Assembly: GCA_030704615.1 (NCBI GenBank)
Contig: CM060731.1
Span: 69,688,001 to 69,752,000, forward strand
Direction: 5' to 3'
Source: Takakia lepidozioides
Lineage: Eukaryota > Plantae > Bryophyta
Length of the DNA: 64,000 nucleotides
Position numbers and translations under genes: made by a program. Under the pieces are notes generated by a model. The model was not told the DNA's origin. It searched no databases and worked only from the letters and a program-made list of their open reading frames with translations. Positions 47,160 through 60,954 of the stretch are shown here, in pieces. The stretch's first letter is position 1; each line of letters begins with the position of its first letter.

Positions 47160-50100
47160 AGGCGGCAGGAACACTGAAGCAAGTGGTGTTGGGGGCAGCA
47201 GCTTCAGCTGCTGTAGGCTTCATGAGCTGTCTCTGTTAATCAGGAAACATGATCTGATCAATGCGACAAAATTGCCATGGCCGCCGTGTGTTGTATAAAA
47301 AATGTCTGAGGTCGTACCAATTGTCCTAAGGTGAATAGTTCTGCAGATCCGAAGGAAGGCAAGGTCAATACAAAGAGTTGCTGAATAAACAAGGTTTCTT
47401 TCGGTAATGGCAGGACCATCCCTCTTCATCCTCTACACCACGTAGTGATGCAAAGGCTGAACTCTCCAGTAAGAAGCCCATTGGGGTGAAAGATGTCATC
47501 TAAGAGTTTTATCGTAATGTTGGGATGGGCCTCTAACTTGGTAGTTGACTAACGGTACTTCACGCATCAGTGGGAAATAGTTGTCTACTCAAAAAGCAGC
47601 AGGAGATAGAAGAAGGATTTAAATTCATCAGATTAAATCCCAAACCTGTAAGAAAGGCAGGACTCCCTGGAGTACCGAGAACACCGTTGACATTCCTTGA
47701 CATACTGTGCTCTGGACATGGGCAGCACTACGTGATGAGATAGATGCACATTAGAAGGAAACATGATGTTGGTGTTTACAGTTAATTTTATCCTGTGAAT
47801 TTGTGACTGATTCCAAGGAAGATGGAAGAGGTGGGACCCATATTGACAAGATGATAACAATCAATTATCACAACTTCCTTGTACCTTCCTGCCTACCTTC
47901 AGCCAAATTCATTCATTTCCATCCAGCAGTAAGTCCCTAAATCCAACGTACCTCAACATGGTAAGGTGTGAGAGTGGTCATCTTGTGTTGATTGATGGAG
48001 TAACACTTGAAAAAATCCTTCACTTTCACCGCCACCTCTGCAGCGTGAGACATCCATACCATAGTATGCACAGATTCTGTTAACACAGCACCCATACAAA
48101 AGTGGCTGTCAAAGAAGGTAAAAACTTTCTTGACTTCAGTGCATATCATGTCCTACCAGAAACTACCAGGAACGTATGTGAGACCTGAAGCCAAAGCTCA
48201 ATGATATTTGCACCCTAGAGTTCAGGGACTTTTCACAGTAAAATGACCACGGGTGCCAACAAGCATAGCATGCTACATCACCTTCAAACTCTTGAGAAGT
48301 AGCTACACATTACCAAAGGGCATGTAGGTAGTACATTGTTCCACACAAAAAGCAAGGGACAGAAGGGTCAGTACATGTACCTCGAACATAGACACAGGGC
48401 CACACCGGAATATCTTCCTCAATCGCCCATACATACCCAGCTCCTCATAGGTCATGCCCATATCAATCTCGTCAGTCTGAAAAGCAACAGACATGAGAGC
48501 TGCGAGAGACGTATAAAGTTTGAACCACTGCAATAAAACATAGTACATGCACCAGTTGTGAACACATTCTTTCAGAACCATGACTTCTTCAGAATGTACA
48601 GTAAGATCTGAATAACCAGGATCCTCAGCCATAGTGTCTGCTGCTGTTTCAATGCTTTGAATTAGGGTGACTACTAACAGATATGGATCTATCAAGTTTC
48701 TGTTACAGCCAATTGATAAAAACGGTGATGTACCTGTGTGTACTTGTCTTGGATGGGCTCCAATTTTGCTGTTGGCAGCGCACCTTCAGCTTCTGCTAGG
48801 GTTTGAACCCAAGGTTATCAGCACCCCACTTTTAAAATGCTAAAATGTCTTGTTTACTAATACCTCCAATAGAATTTCTGTCAGCTGAACTACAATCATA
48901 CTGCAGTCCCCGTCCACACCGACGTCATGAAGCTTATTTGAAGCAAATGAAGTAATGTACAACACACATCTCACTAACATTTTTTCACAAGAGGGTTAAA
49001 CAACTGTTTCACAATATTGAAGCCTGTCCCATAACAATTTAAATGTTGTAATCCAGCAATCAGCCCACGGGTAGTAGAGCTAGGAAAAAGGAACGGTTGC
49101 ATTGATGGTAACACGAAGACCTTGGTGAGGTAGCCCCGAAGACATTCATCAACATTTGCACTTCCAAGCACAAGCAGGAGACCAGGCGTACTCCACACCC
49201 ATTGCATGAGAGAAGCTAGCCTGAACGCAATAACCATGTGAATACGGCTTGTATGTTTTGCAAAGCTCTGTCTGTGTTCCTCCGTGCACCTTATTTGCAG
49301 CCCATTACCACCCCCATCAGGACATTGACTTCAAACCACATATGTATATCAAAGTAGCAAGACAGTTGAATTCTCTCGGGTCTGACACTCAAAGGTGAGG
49401 TAGAAAGACAACGTGAGGTCACTCTTTGCGCAGTTTTTTAACCATAACATACTAGCACCCTCTCCAGAGAGTATTATGTATATTGTAGTTTGTGACCTCA
49501 GATGTATATTCACCCATACCATGTCAGAGAAACGCAACCTGATGCCAAACAGAATATGGAAGGACAAAATAGATCAACACATCTCACCGAGGTTATGGGA
49601 AACAAACAGGCTGAAGGAACTGAATGACATCTAAAAGAAATTGGTTGCTACTTTCTGTATCAGACAAAGATGGAGGGACAACTTTTGAACATTCAGATGA
49701 GGACCATACCTTGTACTTTAGTTTCTTGCCAGGGAATATAGGGTCAAATAGTGAAAGCAAGGCTTTAACGACCACATCAATATTGACGATTCAGTGTGAG
49801 GCACCGATCTCTGCTGCCAACCGCTTAGCCCGGTCTCCGGTGCCTTCTGAGCTGTATTTGTATTTCACAAAACATAGAGCTCTCTGAAAAGGCGTGCGCA
49901 TTTTCACATATCATACTTCAGACAGAGGGTGAGCTGAGCAGACCAATTCTCTGTGCCCTTGTACACCGCATGCAGGAGTAGATGAGCAAATGCTTCAGCA
50001 GTTTTAGGTGCTTCATCCTTCTGATAGTTACCAACACGATTGGCATCTGCAAGAACTTGCTTGTCGACCTCCTTCTCCGCTGCATCAAAGTTCCAGGATA

Positions 50101-51990
50101 GTAAAGTAAGACTTGCACTCTCAATGTGATACTCAGGAGAACTTCATTTCCAAGAGACCTAGAGTGTAAGGAGAGTGAAGAGAAATGAAATGAAATGGTG
50201 CTTTATAACGTCCGCGGAAAGCTCATAGAGCTTATGGGACAAAATGGAAGAAAACATGAACCACAATTAATGTTCTAGCGATTGTCTAAGGGTGAAGGCC
50301 TCGTGCAGGTAGGCTGCCAAGCATTTTTTATCCTCATAGTGGAAGACATCAGTGAGAGTTTGGGTTCCACTGAATATACAGTGGAATCTCCCACGGATCT
50401 CGTAGTATAGAGGGCAGTAGAAGAAGAAGTGTTCTTCAGTTTCAATTTCCTTGCGGTGCCCTATGCAAGCTGGACATAGGCGGTCCTCCCGTTGCAGGTT
50501 TTTCCATCTGCCAGTCTCTATCCGTAGGTTGTGGGAACCCACCCTGAACCGCCCCAATGCGCTCAGGAGGGAAGGAGATAAGGGTGCTGAAAGGTAATTT
50601 GGTCTCAAGATTCTATCATCGCGGAGCACCAAGAATGTCTCTCGATAGAAGTGGAGCTTTGTCGTGAGATTGGGTAGCTTCCAAGTTCTTCCAAGAGAGT
50701 GAAGAGAGTGCAGAGGGTAAAGCGTAAGGAGTAAAGAGAGTAAAGATAACGTTCGAGCTGACACATACAGCCAACAATGGCAGCTACAGATGAGCTGTCA
50801 GCACCCCCCGAAACTGGCAACATGTATCCCGTAGCCCCGCTGCGGCAGAGATAATCCCAGAGCCAGCAAGCCGGACCAGGAGCTAATTCCTCATGTGGAT
50901 CATGGCAGCACTCTGCAATATTCAGAATGCTCCATCAGAAGAAAAAAGCTAGTACCACGGCTCATCTACAGAGCTTTTAAGAGTGTGTAACTGGTTCCAA
51001 TCAGTACCCTAATGTGAGGATTGAGGCCTTGGGGATTTGAATCTTATATTATCACCTTACGCTCCTACAAGACTACAAGAATATTAGTGACAAAGAGTTT
51101 CATCGACCAGGAACAATAACATCAGCTTCACAATAACATGAAGGGACCACATCTCAAAAACCCGTTCGCGATAATTTCAACTCCACTCAGGGACAATCCT
51201 ATGTAAGGTGATGATGGTGTTAATAGCTCCTGACAGGTCTCTGAGACAAGGTTTCTGCACAATTGTTTTTGAAAGGTGTTCAAATGCTTTCTTTACACGA
51301 ATGCAACGATAACCTTCGGCTTGTCAATCGTCAGCATTCATGAGGCTTCTGGCCTGGCAGGCAGCCACAATGAGGCTGTACTAGACTTTTCAGGACTCGA
51401 ATGTGTTGGAAAGTTAGAGACTACAGCTGCCCAAAGGAACAGGATGTACTTTAAAGGGGCTGGAGGTTCCTGTGGACATAGCCCTCCTGGACAGTGGCAA
51501 ATCGTGCAGTGGAAGTTCAAAGTCGTCGGTTAAAGCCTTACAGGCCTGGTAGTTCTTTCGAGATGCTACATCAGTAAAGAAAGAGCGCCTACGTAATACA
51601 AGCATATGGAAAAATCTGATTTCGAATAAATTTTGAGATGGACTTGATTTGTCGGAAGCTGAGAAAAATCCCTATCAGGGCTGAATTGGGCATATAAGAG
51701 TTAACATGTGATTGTTCACCAAGGCCTTGAGCAAGTCTCATGAGGTAAGATTGGATTTGCAGATATACTCTTTGTCATCAAGAGAAAAGATTGAGAGAGG
51801 AAATAAGAGTGCTTACATATCCTCAAAGGCCAGAAACCCATCACCAAACGACGTTCGCGGTAGTTTCCATCATTGGCTAGGTGAAGCTTCAGCCGTATGA
51901 GCATGATTTTGCCATTAAGGCAGTAAGCTCTGCAGTTGTAGCGCATTCCACATTCTTCAACTGGTAAGACGATGTCGCAGACCATTTCAG
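47160..51990 (-). pseudogene. QNS1: Glutamine-dependent NAD+ synthetase pseudogene, copy 1
   Basis: Exons RYNCRAYCLNGKIMLIRLKLHLANDGNYRE; [46 protein letters not shown]; [19 protein letters not shown]|YDCSSAD; [31 protein letters not shown]; [15 protein letters not shown]. Stops, frameshifts and missing nitrilase-domain exons are present. Confidence 0.9.
50184..50694 (-). mobile_element. 5'-truncated RTE-X-like LINE with 13-bp TSD
   Basis: ORF2 C-terminus RFRVGSHNLRIETGRW...RLCPAC...ETEEHFFFYCPLY (CCHC), with a (CATTT)n tail. TSD GAGAGTGAAGAGA at 50171-50183 and 50695-50707. The paralog at ~63930 is an empty site. Confidence 0.92.
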
Positions 51991-53489
51991 TGGTGAGGTC
52001 TGAACCTAAAATTTCTGCAATCACTCCCATCTGGCAGTGGCAACTTGTTAGAAGACATGAACCGTGAGCAGATATGAGGTTTGTACCAAGCACACAAATT
52101 TACCTCTTTTGTAAACAACTGAATCCTGATTACTTCCATACCACAATTGAGGGTCCAACAGACAATCTTGAAATCACATCTATTAAGCTGAGTTTGGGAT
52201 AAGAGAATCTTCAAGTTGGTCATGTCTGTGCCCCACGTACTGCCGATTTTTAAGGAAATGCGAACAAGGGTTGATTGGGAGGTGTGTTATTATTGATGTT
52301 CTCCTATTTCTCCAAAACCTCCAGGGTCTTCTTTGGTGGGTTTTTGGAAGAGTTTGAGATCCATAGGTTCAATTCAGGTTGTCACTGAAACACAAAATCA
52401 ATTGGTTTGCTTGGTTTGTGGATCCCTATGGTGGTCTTTTTTGAGTCTGTGGTTATGGTGGATGTGTCTGATTTTATGCACATACCTCTCTGTTTCTCTC
52501 ATTCATCTTAAGGATGATCTGAAGGCCGGCCTACCTACCCTCGGCAGTAGACTGAAATTTAAACTCAGGGCGGGGAGCCTACCTTTCAAATAAATGCAGC
52601 ACCAAAGACTACAGTAATAGAGGACTGTGAAGCAGGTCGTCAGCAGGAAAAGGGATTTCAGGTTTCTCTTTCTTTCATGCAACACTCCTAACACCTACAT
52701 GAAGACTCACCTGATCACTTTGCCCAAACAACATAAATACCACACCTGCAAGATGCAATTGTGCCCAAACCCTTCAACTCTTCACTAGATTGCAACTGTG
52801 TATTTTCTATCCAAAAAGGAAATCCTCGGATCATTTACATGACAACCACATCACAAAACAGCAAAGAGAGCAAAAACCAATCCACAAAGCCAATCACGGC
52901 ATTAAGCAAAAAGGAACCCAACAGAAGATGAAGCGTGAAAAAAAACCTTCCAGAAGCCATCAATTAGATGCTGCCATCCCTTCATATCTTCATCAACCAT
53001 CACTATGAGTTCGAGTGCTGCAGATTCAAAGGTCTTGAAAGTGAAGCAGCGCCATCTGAGCCAGACAGCTTTGAGCAATGAGAGCAAACCATCTGCGAAT
53101 CACAAGATATTCTAATGGGGGAATAGGGAAGAAAGCTCGGATCTCTGCTGATTCAAAAGTCACCTGAAGGAAGCTACCTTCCTGACTTCTGTCTAGGAAT
53201 AGTGAACAGAAGCTCCTACAGCCGAGCCTAGACAATCTTCAGAGAGAGTTAGAAGCTCTTGGGTTACTTTTGATTTGAATATCTTGAAAGTATAGTGAAG
53301 TGCACTACCTGCAGAATGCCTACAAGACATTGTAAGTATTCCTTCCCACGTCATTGGTACTCCATTTTGTAGAGTGGCAAGAGAGGAATGGGGATCAGTT
53401 GCTGCTTTATGGCTGGAAAGGTTGAGTTACTACCAGATGAATGTGCTAAGCGTAGTGTAAGTGTCGCCTTTTCTCATGCGCGTGTAAGG

Positions 53490-54170
53490 GCTCGTTAGCC
53501 ACCACTGCACATTTACTGACGTTAGCCTCTAGCCCCCAAAGGTCAAAGTACCTCTTTGCGCAATCAATCCACTCCTTGAGATTGGAAGGAGTCTCCCCTA
53601 TGCCTGCGAAGTCATCTGCAAACATAAGGGCGGGTATGGTGGCATCACCCACCCTTAACCCAAATCCCAAACTTTCCACATCCCGGAGGAGTTGATTGAT
53701 GAAAACATTGAAGAGCATAGGGGAGAGGGTACATCCTTGAGGTATACCTTGGTCTTTGTCAAAGAAGTTAGACTTCTGTCCATTCATAGTGACACAACTT
53801 TTGGTGTACAACTCTCCACAACTTTCCCTTGATACCACATGACCAGAGTCGGAGCCATAGATCGTCTCTCCCCCTTGTGTCATAAGACTTTTTGACATCC
53901 AAGAAAAATACAAAAGTGGGTTTCCCTTTTTTTAACTTCCCTGCATAATCTGCATAATCCGCCTTAGAGTGAAGATATGAACCACACATCCCCTCTTTCG
54001 CCGAAAGCCAGCTTGGCCTTTGTGGAAATAACCTCTAGATTCCAGATCAACCTCGAGATGAGTACTTACAACTCTGCAAAATATCTTGCCAACTGCCTTG
54101 AGGACCGTGATGCCTTGGTAGACCCCCGGTTCTCAATGAGTCTACCTTCCCTCCCTTGAGGATTATTGCT
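53490..54170 (-). mobile_element. Non-LTR retrotransposon reverse transcriptase fragment (RTE/RTE-X-like), frameshifted
   Basis: EPGVYQGITVLKAVGKIF, QAGFRRKRGCVVHIFTL, FLDVKKSYD, GIPQGCTLSPMLFNVFI, LMFADD and GLEANVSKC. Confidence 0.9.
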
Positions 54171-56489
54171 GTGTACACTGCTTTGCACTTGTATCGTGTA
54201 GGCCAGTTATGAATTTGCAGATGATCAATCTCGAAATTGTGCAAGCATGCCTCATGATACTCTCTGTGGTAACCGCAGAGCCTGTTACAAGACAACTTTG
54301 TAGACAACCTATCATGCAATGGAACCACTGAACGGAATTGCCTGCCGACACCTACATTACACACTTGTAGATCTCCAACACAAATCTATGAGAGTAAAAG
54401 TAGCCCTATAGGAAATTCCTGAGGACATTCCAGAGGACTTTCCACCAAATAAAAGACCATAACATAGGAAGGAAAATCTGCATCAGCCCTCTACGCCCTA
54501 ATGTGTGCAAACTGTACCAAACTTTACAATCCTCTCATCAGGAAACACACTGATGCATGTTCGTTAAGTAAGGTCAGGGTGACAGCGGCAGTGATAGGAA
54601 GCATTCACTACGTCCTGCCAATGAGCAAGGGGATAAGATGGCTGGGGACCCCTCGAGACATTTTTAACGATGTAGATCATACTATGGAATTGCAGAGCAC
54701 AAGCAAATTTTCAATTTGAAAGTCAAGAGGAAATTGTCCAGACAAGTAGAAAGTAGAAGAGGAAACGATAATATTAGGGTGCTCAACTCTCACAGACAAC
54801 AGGAAATTAGAAACCAGTCCTGCATGACCCCAAAACCTGCCTCAGTGTCTCTTTCACAGGAGATCGGGCATTCAGTACCATAATGTCTGAACTGCTCATG
54901 GTAATGATATGGAAGAGTAGCAACAAGTCACGGTGAACTATAGTGCAGCAGTATTGTGACAGGGAAGTCTTGGGGGGGTCACTTGTTACAGACCAGAAAC
55001 TGAGGAACAATCAGTATAAGAGAGTCCTGGTTGGTGAATTAAGACCTACTTAAAAGAAACATGCAGTATGCCCTAGTGGATGATTTAGGACTGGAACAAT
55101 CTTAGTTGGGAGCAATCTTTGGTTTGGGCCGATTGAGTCCACCACGCATGATTCATGGAAACAGGGACATAATCTTGACTTGATCACTAGACACTCACTG
55201 CACATCTCTGAAGCACCCATGAGTCAATTCCGCAAATCTTAGACTAGATGAACAGCATTTTTACTACTTCGAAAGAAGGTTTGATGCCACAGTGAAATCA
55301 TGGTTCTCATGGATCAAAGTCTTTAATGAATTTAAAACTCTAGAATTTGAAGCTGCTAAGTGCAGGGTGTAGTTCTGTGAGTGGTTCGTATACTCGGAGC
55401 TCTTCTCCAAGCTCTAGAACTATCAACTTCATCAGGCTGCATCGCCTTGATCTTCTTAGCTCCGACCATATGGGCGAGGTTTCAAACAAGGCCACATCGT
55501 TTTGGACGACTGCAAAAACAAGTTCGTCACTGAACGTCGGAGATTGGAAACCCACTGTCATACCCTTCGTCCCTTGTCTATAAGGGACCCATTTCTCTCT
55601 GCTGCAACCAGCTCGAATGCAAGGTAGGGACCAGAAGCTCCGCTAAATGTGTTCCACATGCATCTACAATCGATCTTCAAAATTAAGACTATCAGGGGCC
55701 AACCCTTGGACAGTGAGAACAATCTGCATAGGAGAGCCGTGTGTGGGTGTTGGCCATACCTCTAGGTAAAACAACATTACAGCTTCACCATTCTCATGAT
55801 CTTTAAACATGGCATGGTATCTTGCAACGTCTCTTTGCCATTTGAAGGCTTCGAATGATGCCTTGCCCCCTTCAATCTTACAACTAAGCTTGGTTGATCT
55901 TCTACCCCATTGCAATCGCTGTCCTGCTTTACAAAGATTAACTCAACCTGTCTCTCATCATAGTCTTGGTAACAGATGTTACCGAAGACATCCAGCAAGG
56001 AGAGACTAATGGTAGAGAGGCACTCCAACTGATAAATTGAATCAATTTGCCAGAGCAGTTGTGTGCAAAATCCCATAGCCTTTGCGATAGGGAAGGTAAC
56101 GGATGTCCAGTGAAGGCCAGAGGCATGAGCCTGACAACTTCTCATGATACAAACTCACAATCTTACTGAGAACTATGGATGAGCCGCCAACATCTGGTTG
56201 TAACATCAAAGAAGGATCCAGAAGACGCTATACTTCCCAGGCGCAGGACGTGAGACGATTACGTGCGCGGCATAGTGGGGCTGTGATCGTTTGTTTGTTG
56301 TTGGGGTAGTTCTTCTTCTCAAATTTGATGGTTTGTGTTTTTGGGATCCTCCACCTCCATTCACCGAGCTCATCGTCACTGTCAATCCAATCGAGCTCCA
56401 GATTCAGTTCAGATTCAGAACAATTTAGGAATACATAGCACTTTCCAGCCTGTCAAATCTTCCACATCCCTTCTCCAGAGTGAGGCAGA

Positions 56490-57060
56490 TTGGGGTGACA
56501 AGTATTGGGGTGACATCATCTGGAGTGACAACAGAAACCAGGGTGACTGGGAACTGGGACGGGCCAAACTTGACTAAGTATTAGAATTTATTAAGAGGAA
56601 GTGTCACCCCATGTGTAGGGTGACACAAAACAGAGCCAGGTGACACAGAACAGGGTGACAGTAACCACACCGGGGTGAAGGGTAACGTCATCCAGAGTGA
56701 CACCAGACAACAGGGTGACACGAAAGGGAGTGTCACTCCAAACTTGACTAGGTATTAAAATCAGACCAGGTGACACTGACTCCGGGAGCTGGGATGACAT
56801 GGACCCGGGTGACAGGTCACATCATCCTTAGTGACCCCAGACAACACCGGGAGTGTCATTCCAAACATGACTAAGTATTAAAATATACTAGAGGAAGTGT
56901 CACCCCATACAGAGGGTGACACAAAGCAGTGGTGACAGGGACCCTGGTGAAGAGTGACAGCAAGGGACAACTTGACAAAGTATTAAAATATAGGAAGAGG
57001 AGTGTGTCGCCCCACGCTGGTGACAATAACCACCACAGGAGCTGGGGTGACACTACCGTC
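56490..57060. repeat. GGGGTGACAC palindromic array, copy C (longest)
   Basis: Four TGACTAAGTATTA-type motifs (~56571, 56745, 56868, 56973) and several GTGTCACCC-N-GGGTGACAC hairpins. Confidence 0.85.
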
Positions 57061-57111
57061 CCCCGCTGGAGGAGCAGACGCTGCCTGAATCTGGCGACAG
57101 TGCTGTAAAGA

Positions 57112-57348
57112 GATGAAATGGTGCTTTATAACGTCCGCGGAAAGCTCATAGAGCTTATGGGACAAAATGGAAAGAAAAACATGAGAGAAAACAGGAAACC
57201 AGAGTCAAAGATAAGAACTATTGTTCGAGTGATTGTCTAAGGGTGAATGCCTCGTGCAGGTAGGCTGCCAAGCATTTCTGATCCTCATAGTGAAAGACCT
57301 CCTTCAGTTTCAATTTCGTGGTTACCCTGTGCAAGCTGGACAGAGGCG
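57112..57348 (-). mobile_element. RTE-X-like LINE 3' end inserted into an (AG)n tract
   Basis: Same 3' UTR as 25321 and 50184. The orthologous position in copy A (33712-33747) is an uninterrupted AG microsatellite. Confidence 0.82.
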
Positions 57349-59237
57349 AGAGAGAGAGAAATGTAGGTGTAGCTCTAAAGACCTATCCCACATCCCAAAT
57401 TCCTTACCGACAGGTCCAGATTGTCAAGTTTCAAAAGAGAATTTTTTCTAGATTATTTACATTCTTCTCAATCTCATAAGGGAGCTTTGCTCTGAGTTTA
57501 CTTACATTCTCCAGAATGTCAGAACTGAGATTTTCTGGTTTCCTGTTGTACTGGTCCAGAGCAAGGAAGTCCATTGTAAAGGTGTCCCCTCGAGTGGTTT
57601 GCAGGGGCGTCCTTGAGCTTGCGGCGTTGTAGGCCAAGGCGACAAGGCGACACGCAACTCCCATTCACACCTCTACCTGCACCCGACGTGCCACCAGCAG
57701 CTTGTTTCATGTATATCCATGAGACAGTCTTTGATTGCCAAATTGAATCAAGATTGCAAACTGTTGCTGTTCAACAAATGGTGTTAACAAAGAGGAATGT
57801 TGGCATGTGGGCTTACTGCTTAGACAACAGACTCAAGTGCACATTGATAGCCTGTCCAGAGTCGTGCTCTTACCTGTTTAGTGGGATCTGCTACCCGCCC
57901 CTATCCTCTGCTTCTTTAGCAAATTGATGTAACTAGATAGAGCCCTTTAGGTATCTCATACCTTGGACCTTCCATAGAGGGTCCACAATCGAACAGTAAG
58001 CTGTGGCAAATTGTGCTAACAACTTAGAGAAATCTTGGTAGGAATATTTGTGAATTCATGATCTGTACAGTTACAATATATCAATGAGAGAACTGCAAAC
58101 CTGCAGATGGATAGTCTTTATGTCCTGGAGATGAACCCCTGCCATATGCCTTGTCTCTTCGGCATAGTAATTTGGGGTATCTCACATCTCCCCTTGAATA
58201 GAGGACAATTGATGCGCTCCCCAGGACAATCCAAAAGTAAGCTGTGGTGAGGTCCATCCGCTGTTGTGTCGACTACCCCATCACTGTCTACGAGTTCCAC
58301 CACAATGTCATCCAACCTCCTCCCCACGGAACACTTGCATGGGATCTGTTTCCAACCATCCTGATCTCGTTAGGCCAGAAGCTGGTTGACCCCGAGAGAC
58401 ACCAGAGTAGTCTATATTGACCCTGGTAATGATGCATAGCACAATGCAATACTACTGCCCAAGCTCTGGATATGCATTTGAGACCTGAACGTGGACATCA
58501 CTTGACTGCAGAGACAATCTATTTGACATAGCATCCATTCAAGCGCCATCTGCGCTTAGATTAACCTGGACACTCTCGATCAGTATTTAGGCATGCCTGA
58601 AATCGTTCAGCCTAGACTACATCCTCGGGTATTATCTATTTGACATAGCATCCATTTCCAGAACAGCCATCTGTGCTTCTGATCAATATTTGAAACACTG
58701 CCCCTTGACTTAATCGATTCTCTCATGGATCCGTGGAGGTCCTTGTGATTATACAATGTGAGCTCCAACGGGGAGTCCAAATCACTGTATATGAAACGCT
58801 CCAACTGGGTCCCATTGCCTGCAATACGTATATAATCGTGATTCACTGTAGTTACTGTAGCTGATAGACTGCTTGAGGGTTTTTTTCTAGGCATACGTAA
58901 AATGCCGAGATCTCAAGCGGTACATACTAACCGTCGAAGACAAAATAACTGACACGCCATGGCAGGTATGGCGCTTTTATATTGTGGCCACGCTTGTCTG
59001 AAAGGGACCCAAAGTTTTCTTCACAGATCGTGTAAATATCAGCAACGTCGATGGGTTATGGACATTGTGAGCAAACAAATGATTGCGGTTTCCGGTAGAT
59101 TGGTTTTACGTAAACAACAATAAGTGATAGTTCAATTTTCTAACTTCAGCAGTTTGTGTAGTTGAACAGTTCAATTTTCTAACATCAGCAGTTTGTGTAG
59201 ATATATAACAACACAGTCACAAAGACACGGTTTCAAT

Positions 59238-60846
59238 GAGTGACACTCCATTCACCCTGGTGTCTGTTGTCTCTCCCCTCACCCTGGCTGATGTCACCCC
59301 AATCTGCCTCACTCTGTAGAAGGCAAGGGGAAGATTGACAGGTTGGAAAGTGCTACGTTCCTCTCCCTCTTCAAAGAGAAAATCATAGAGCGTTTTTTTG
59401 TTTTTATTGGCCTTTTGGGTTGGTTTGGAATGTTTGTTTCTATAGACCATGATAAGCTCCACATCTGATCCAAATCTCATCTAGTATATATGGCCCAGCT
59501 ACACATTTCTAATTAAAATTCTCTACTCTTTCATTGCTGTACATGTACATGCAGTCCTGAATCTCTTTGCTTGCTACTGTCTTAACATGCAGCCCGTTCA
59601 GTGCTCATGATCATACTGTCAATTTGTCGAGAATCATATGCCTAAAGCTCTAGGTAGGTATAATATTTGCCCAAGATAAAGACTGACCATCTTATGCCTT
59701 GAATTTGCGGTAGATTAGTTGCAACTCAATGTGGAGCTGCAGTGGATTGACAATGACGATGAGCTGGGTGAATGGAAGTCCAATACCCAAAAGGACATAT
59801 CGTCAAGTTTGAGAAGAAGCCTTACCACTTGAATGACAGAAGATCTTGGGCCAAATATGCCGTGGACATAATCGTCTTAGGTCCTGCGCCTAGTAAGTAT
59901 AGACTCCGTCTTGTGGGCCTTCTGGATCACTCATCACTCAGCGATGTTACAGCCAAAGGTTGTAGGCTCATCCATAGTTCTTAGTAAGATTGTGAGGTTG
60001 TATCCTGGGAAGTTGGCGAAGCTCTTGCCTCTGACCTTCATTGGACATCCGTTACCTTCCCTAGCGCAAAGGCTGTGGAATTTTGCATACAACCACTCCG
60101 CGAAATTGATTCAAATTTATCAGTTGGAGTACTCCCCTGACGTCGGTGTCTCCTTGCTGGATGCCTTCGGTAACCTCTGTGATACCAAGATTATGATGAG
60201 AGGCATGTTGAATAAAAATCTTTGTAAAGCAAGACATAGATTGCAATGGGGTTCAAGTCGATGCAGCCAAAGTTCAATTGTAAGGTTGATGAGGGCAAGG
60301 CATCATTCGAAACCTTCAAATGGGAAGGAGACGTTGTAAGATACCATGTCATGCTTAGAGATCATGAACCTCCAAATGGTGAAGCTGCAATGATATTTTA
60401 ACTGGAGGTACGACCAACAGCCACACATGGCCCTCCTATGCAGATTGTTCACAATGTCCAAAGGTCAACCCCGATAGTCCTATTTTGAAGCCCAGATTGT
60501 AGATGCACATGAAAACACATGTAGCGGAGTTTCTGGTCCCTTCCTTGCGCCTGAGCTTGCTGCAGCAGAGAAATGGGTCTGTTATAGACAAGGGATGAAG
60601 GGTAGGACAGTGGGTATCCAATCTCCGACGTTTAGTGACGAACTTGTTTCGGCAATCGTCCATAACGCTGTAGTCTTGTTTGAAACCTCACCCATATTGT
60701 CAGAGCGAAGAAGATTAGGGCGATACAACCTGATGAAGTTGATAGTTGTAGAGCTTGGAAAACAGCTCCAGGTATTCGAACCACTCACAGAGCTACACCC
60801 TGCACTTAGGAGCTTGAAAACTCTAGAGGTCAATGAATTTCACTAA
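59238..60846 (+). pseudogene. GMI1/SMCHD1-like gene copy D (3' part only)
   Basis: Homologous to B from ~44208 onward, with frameshifts in the last exon. Confidence 0.65.
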
Positions 60847-60954
60847 AAACTGATCCATGAGATCCATGATTTCACCGTGGCATCAAACCTTCTTTTGAAG
60901 TAGTAAACATGCTGTTTATCTAGTCTAAGACTTGCGGTTGTTGTAAATTGACAA

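Larger units (their letters stand above)
55340..59030 (-). pseudogene. GMI1/SMCHD1-like gene copy C
   Basis: Direct paralog of A with multiple frameshifts. It lacks the EEDIAMLP exon (deletion at ~58675). Confidence 0.65.

Noticed and set aside
52700-53330. ORF-like segment between NADS copy 1 and the RT fragment
   Set aside because: No recognisable family. It has stops in the frames I read.
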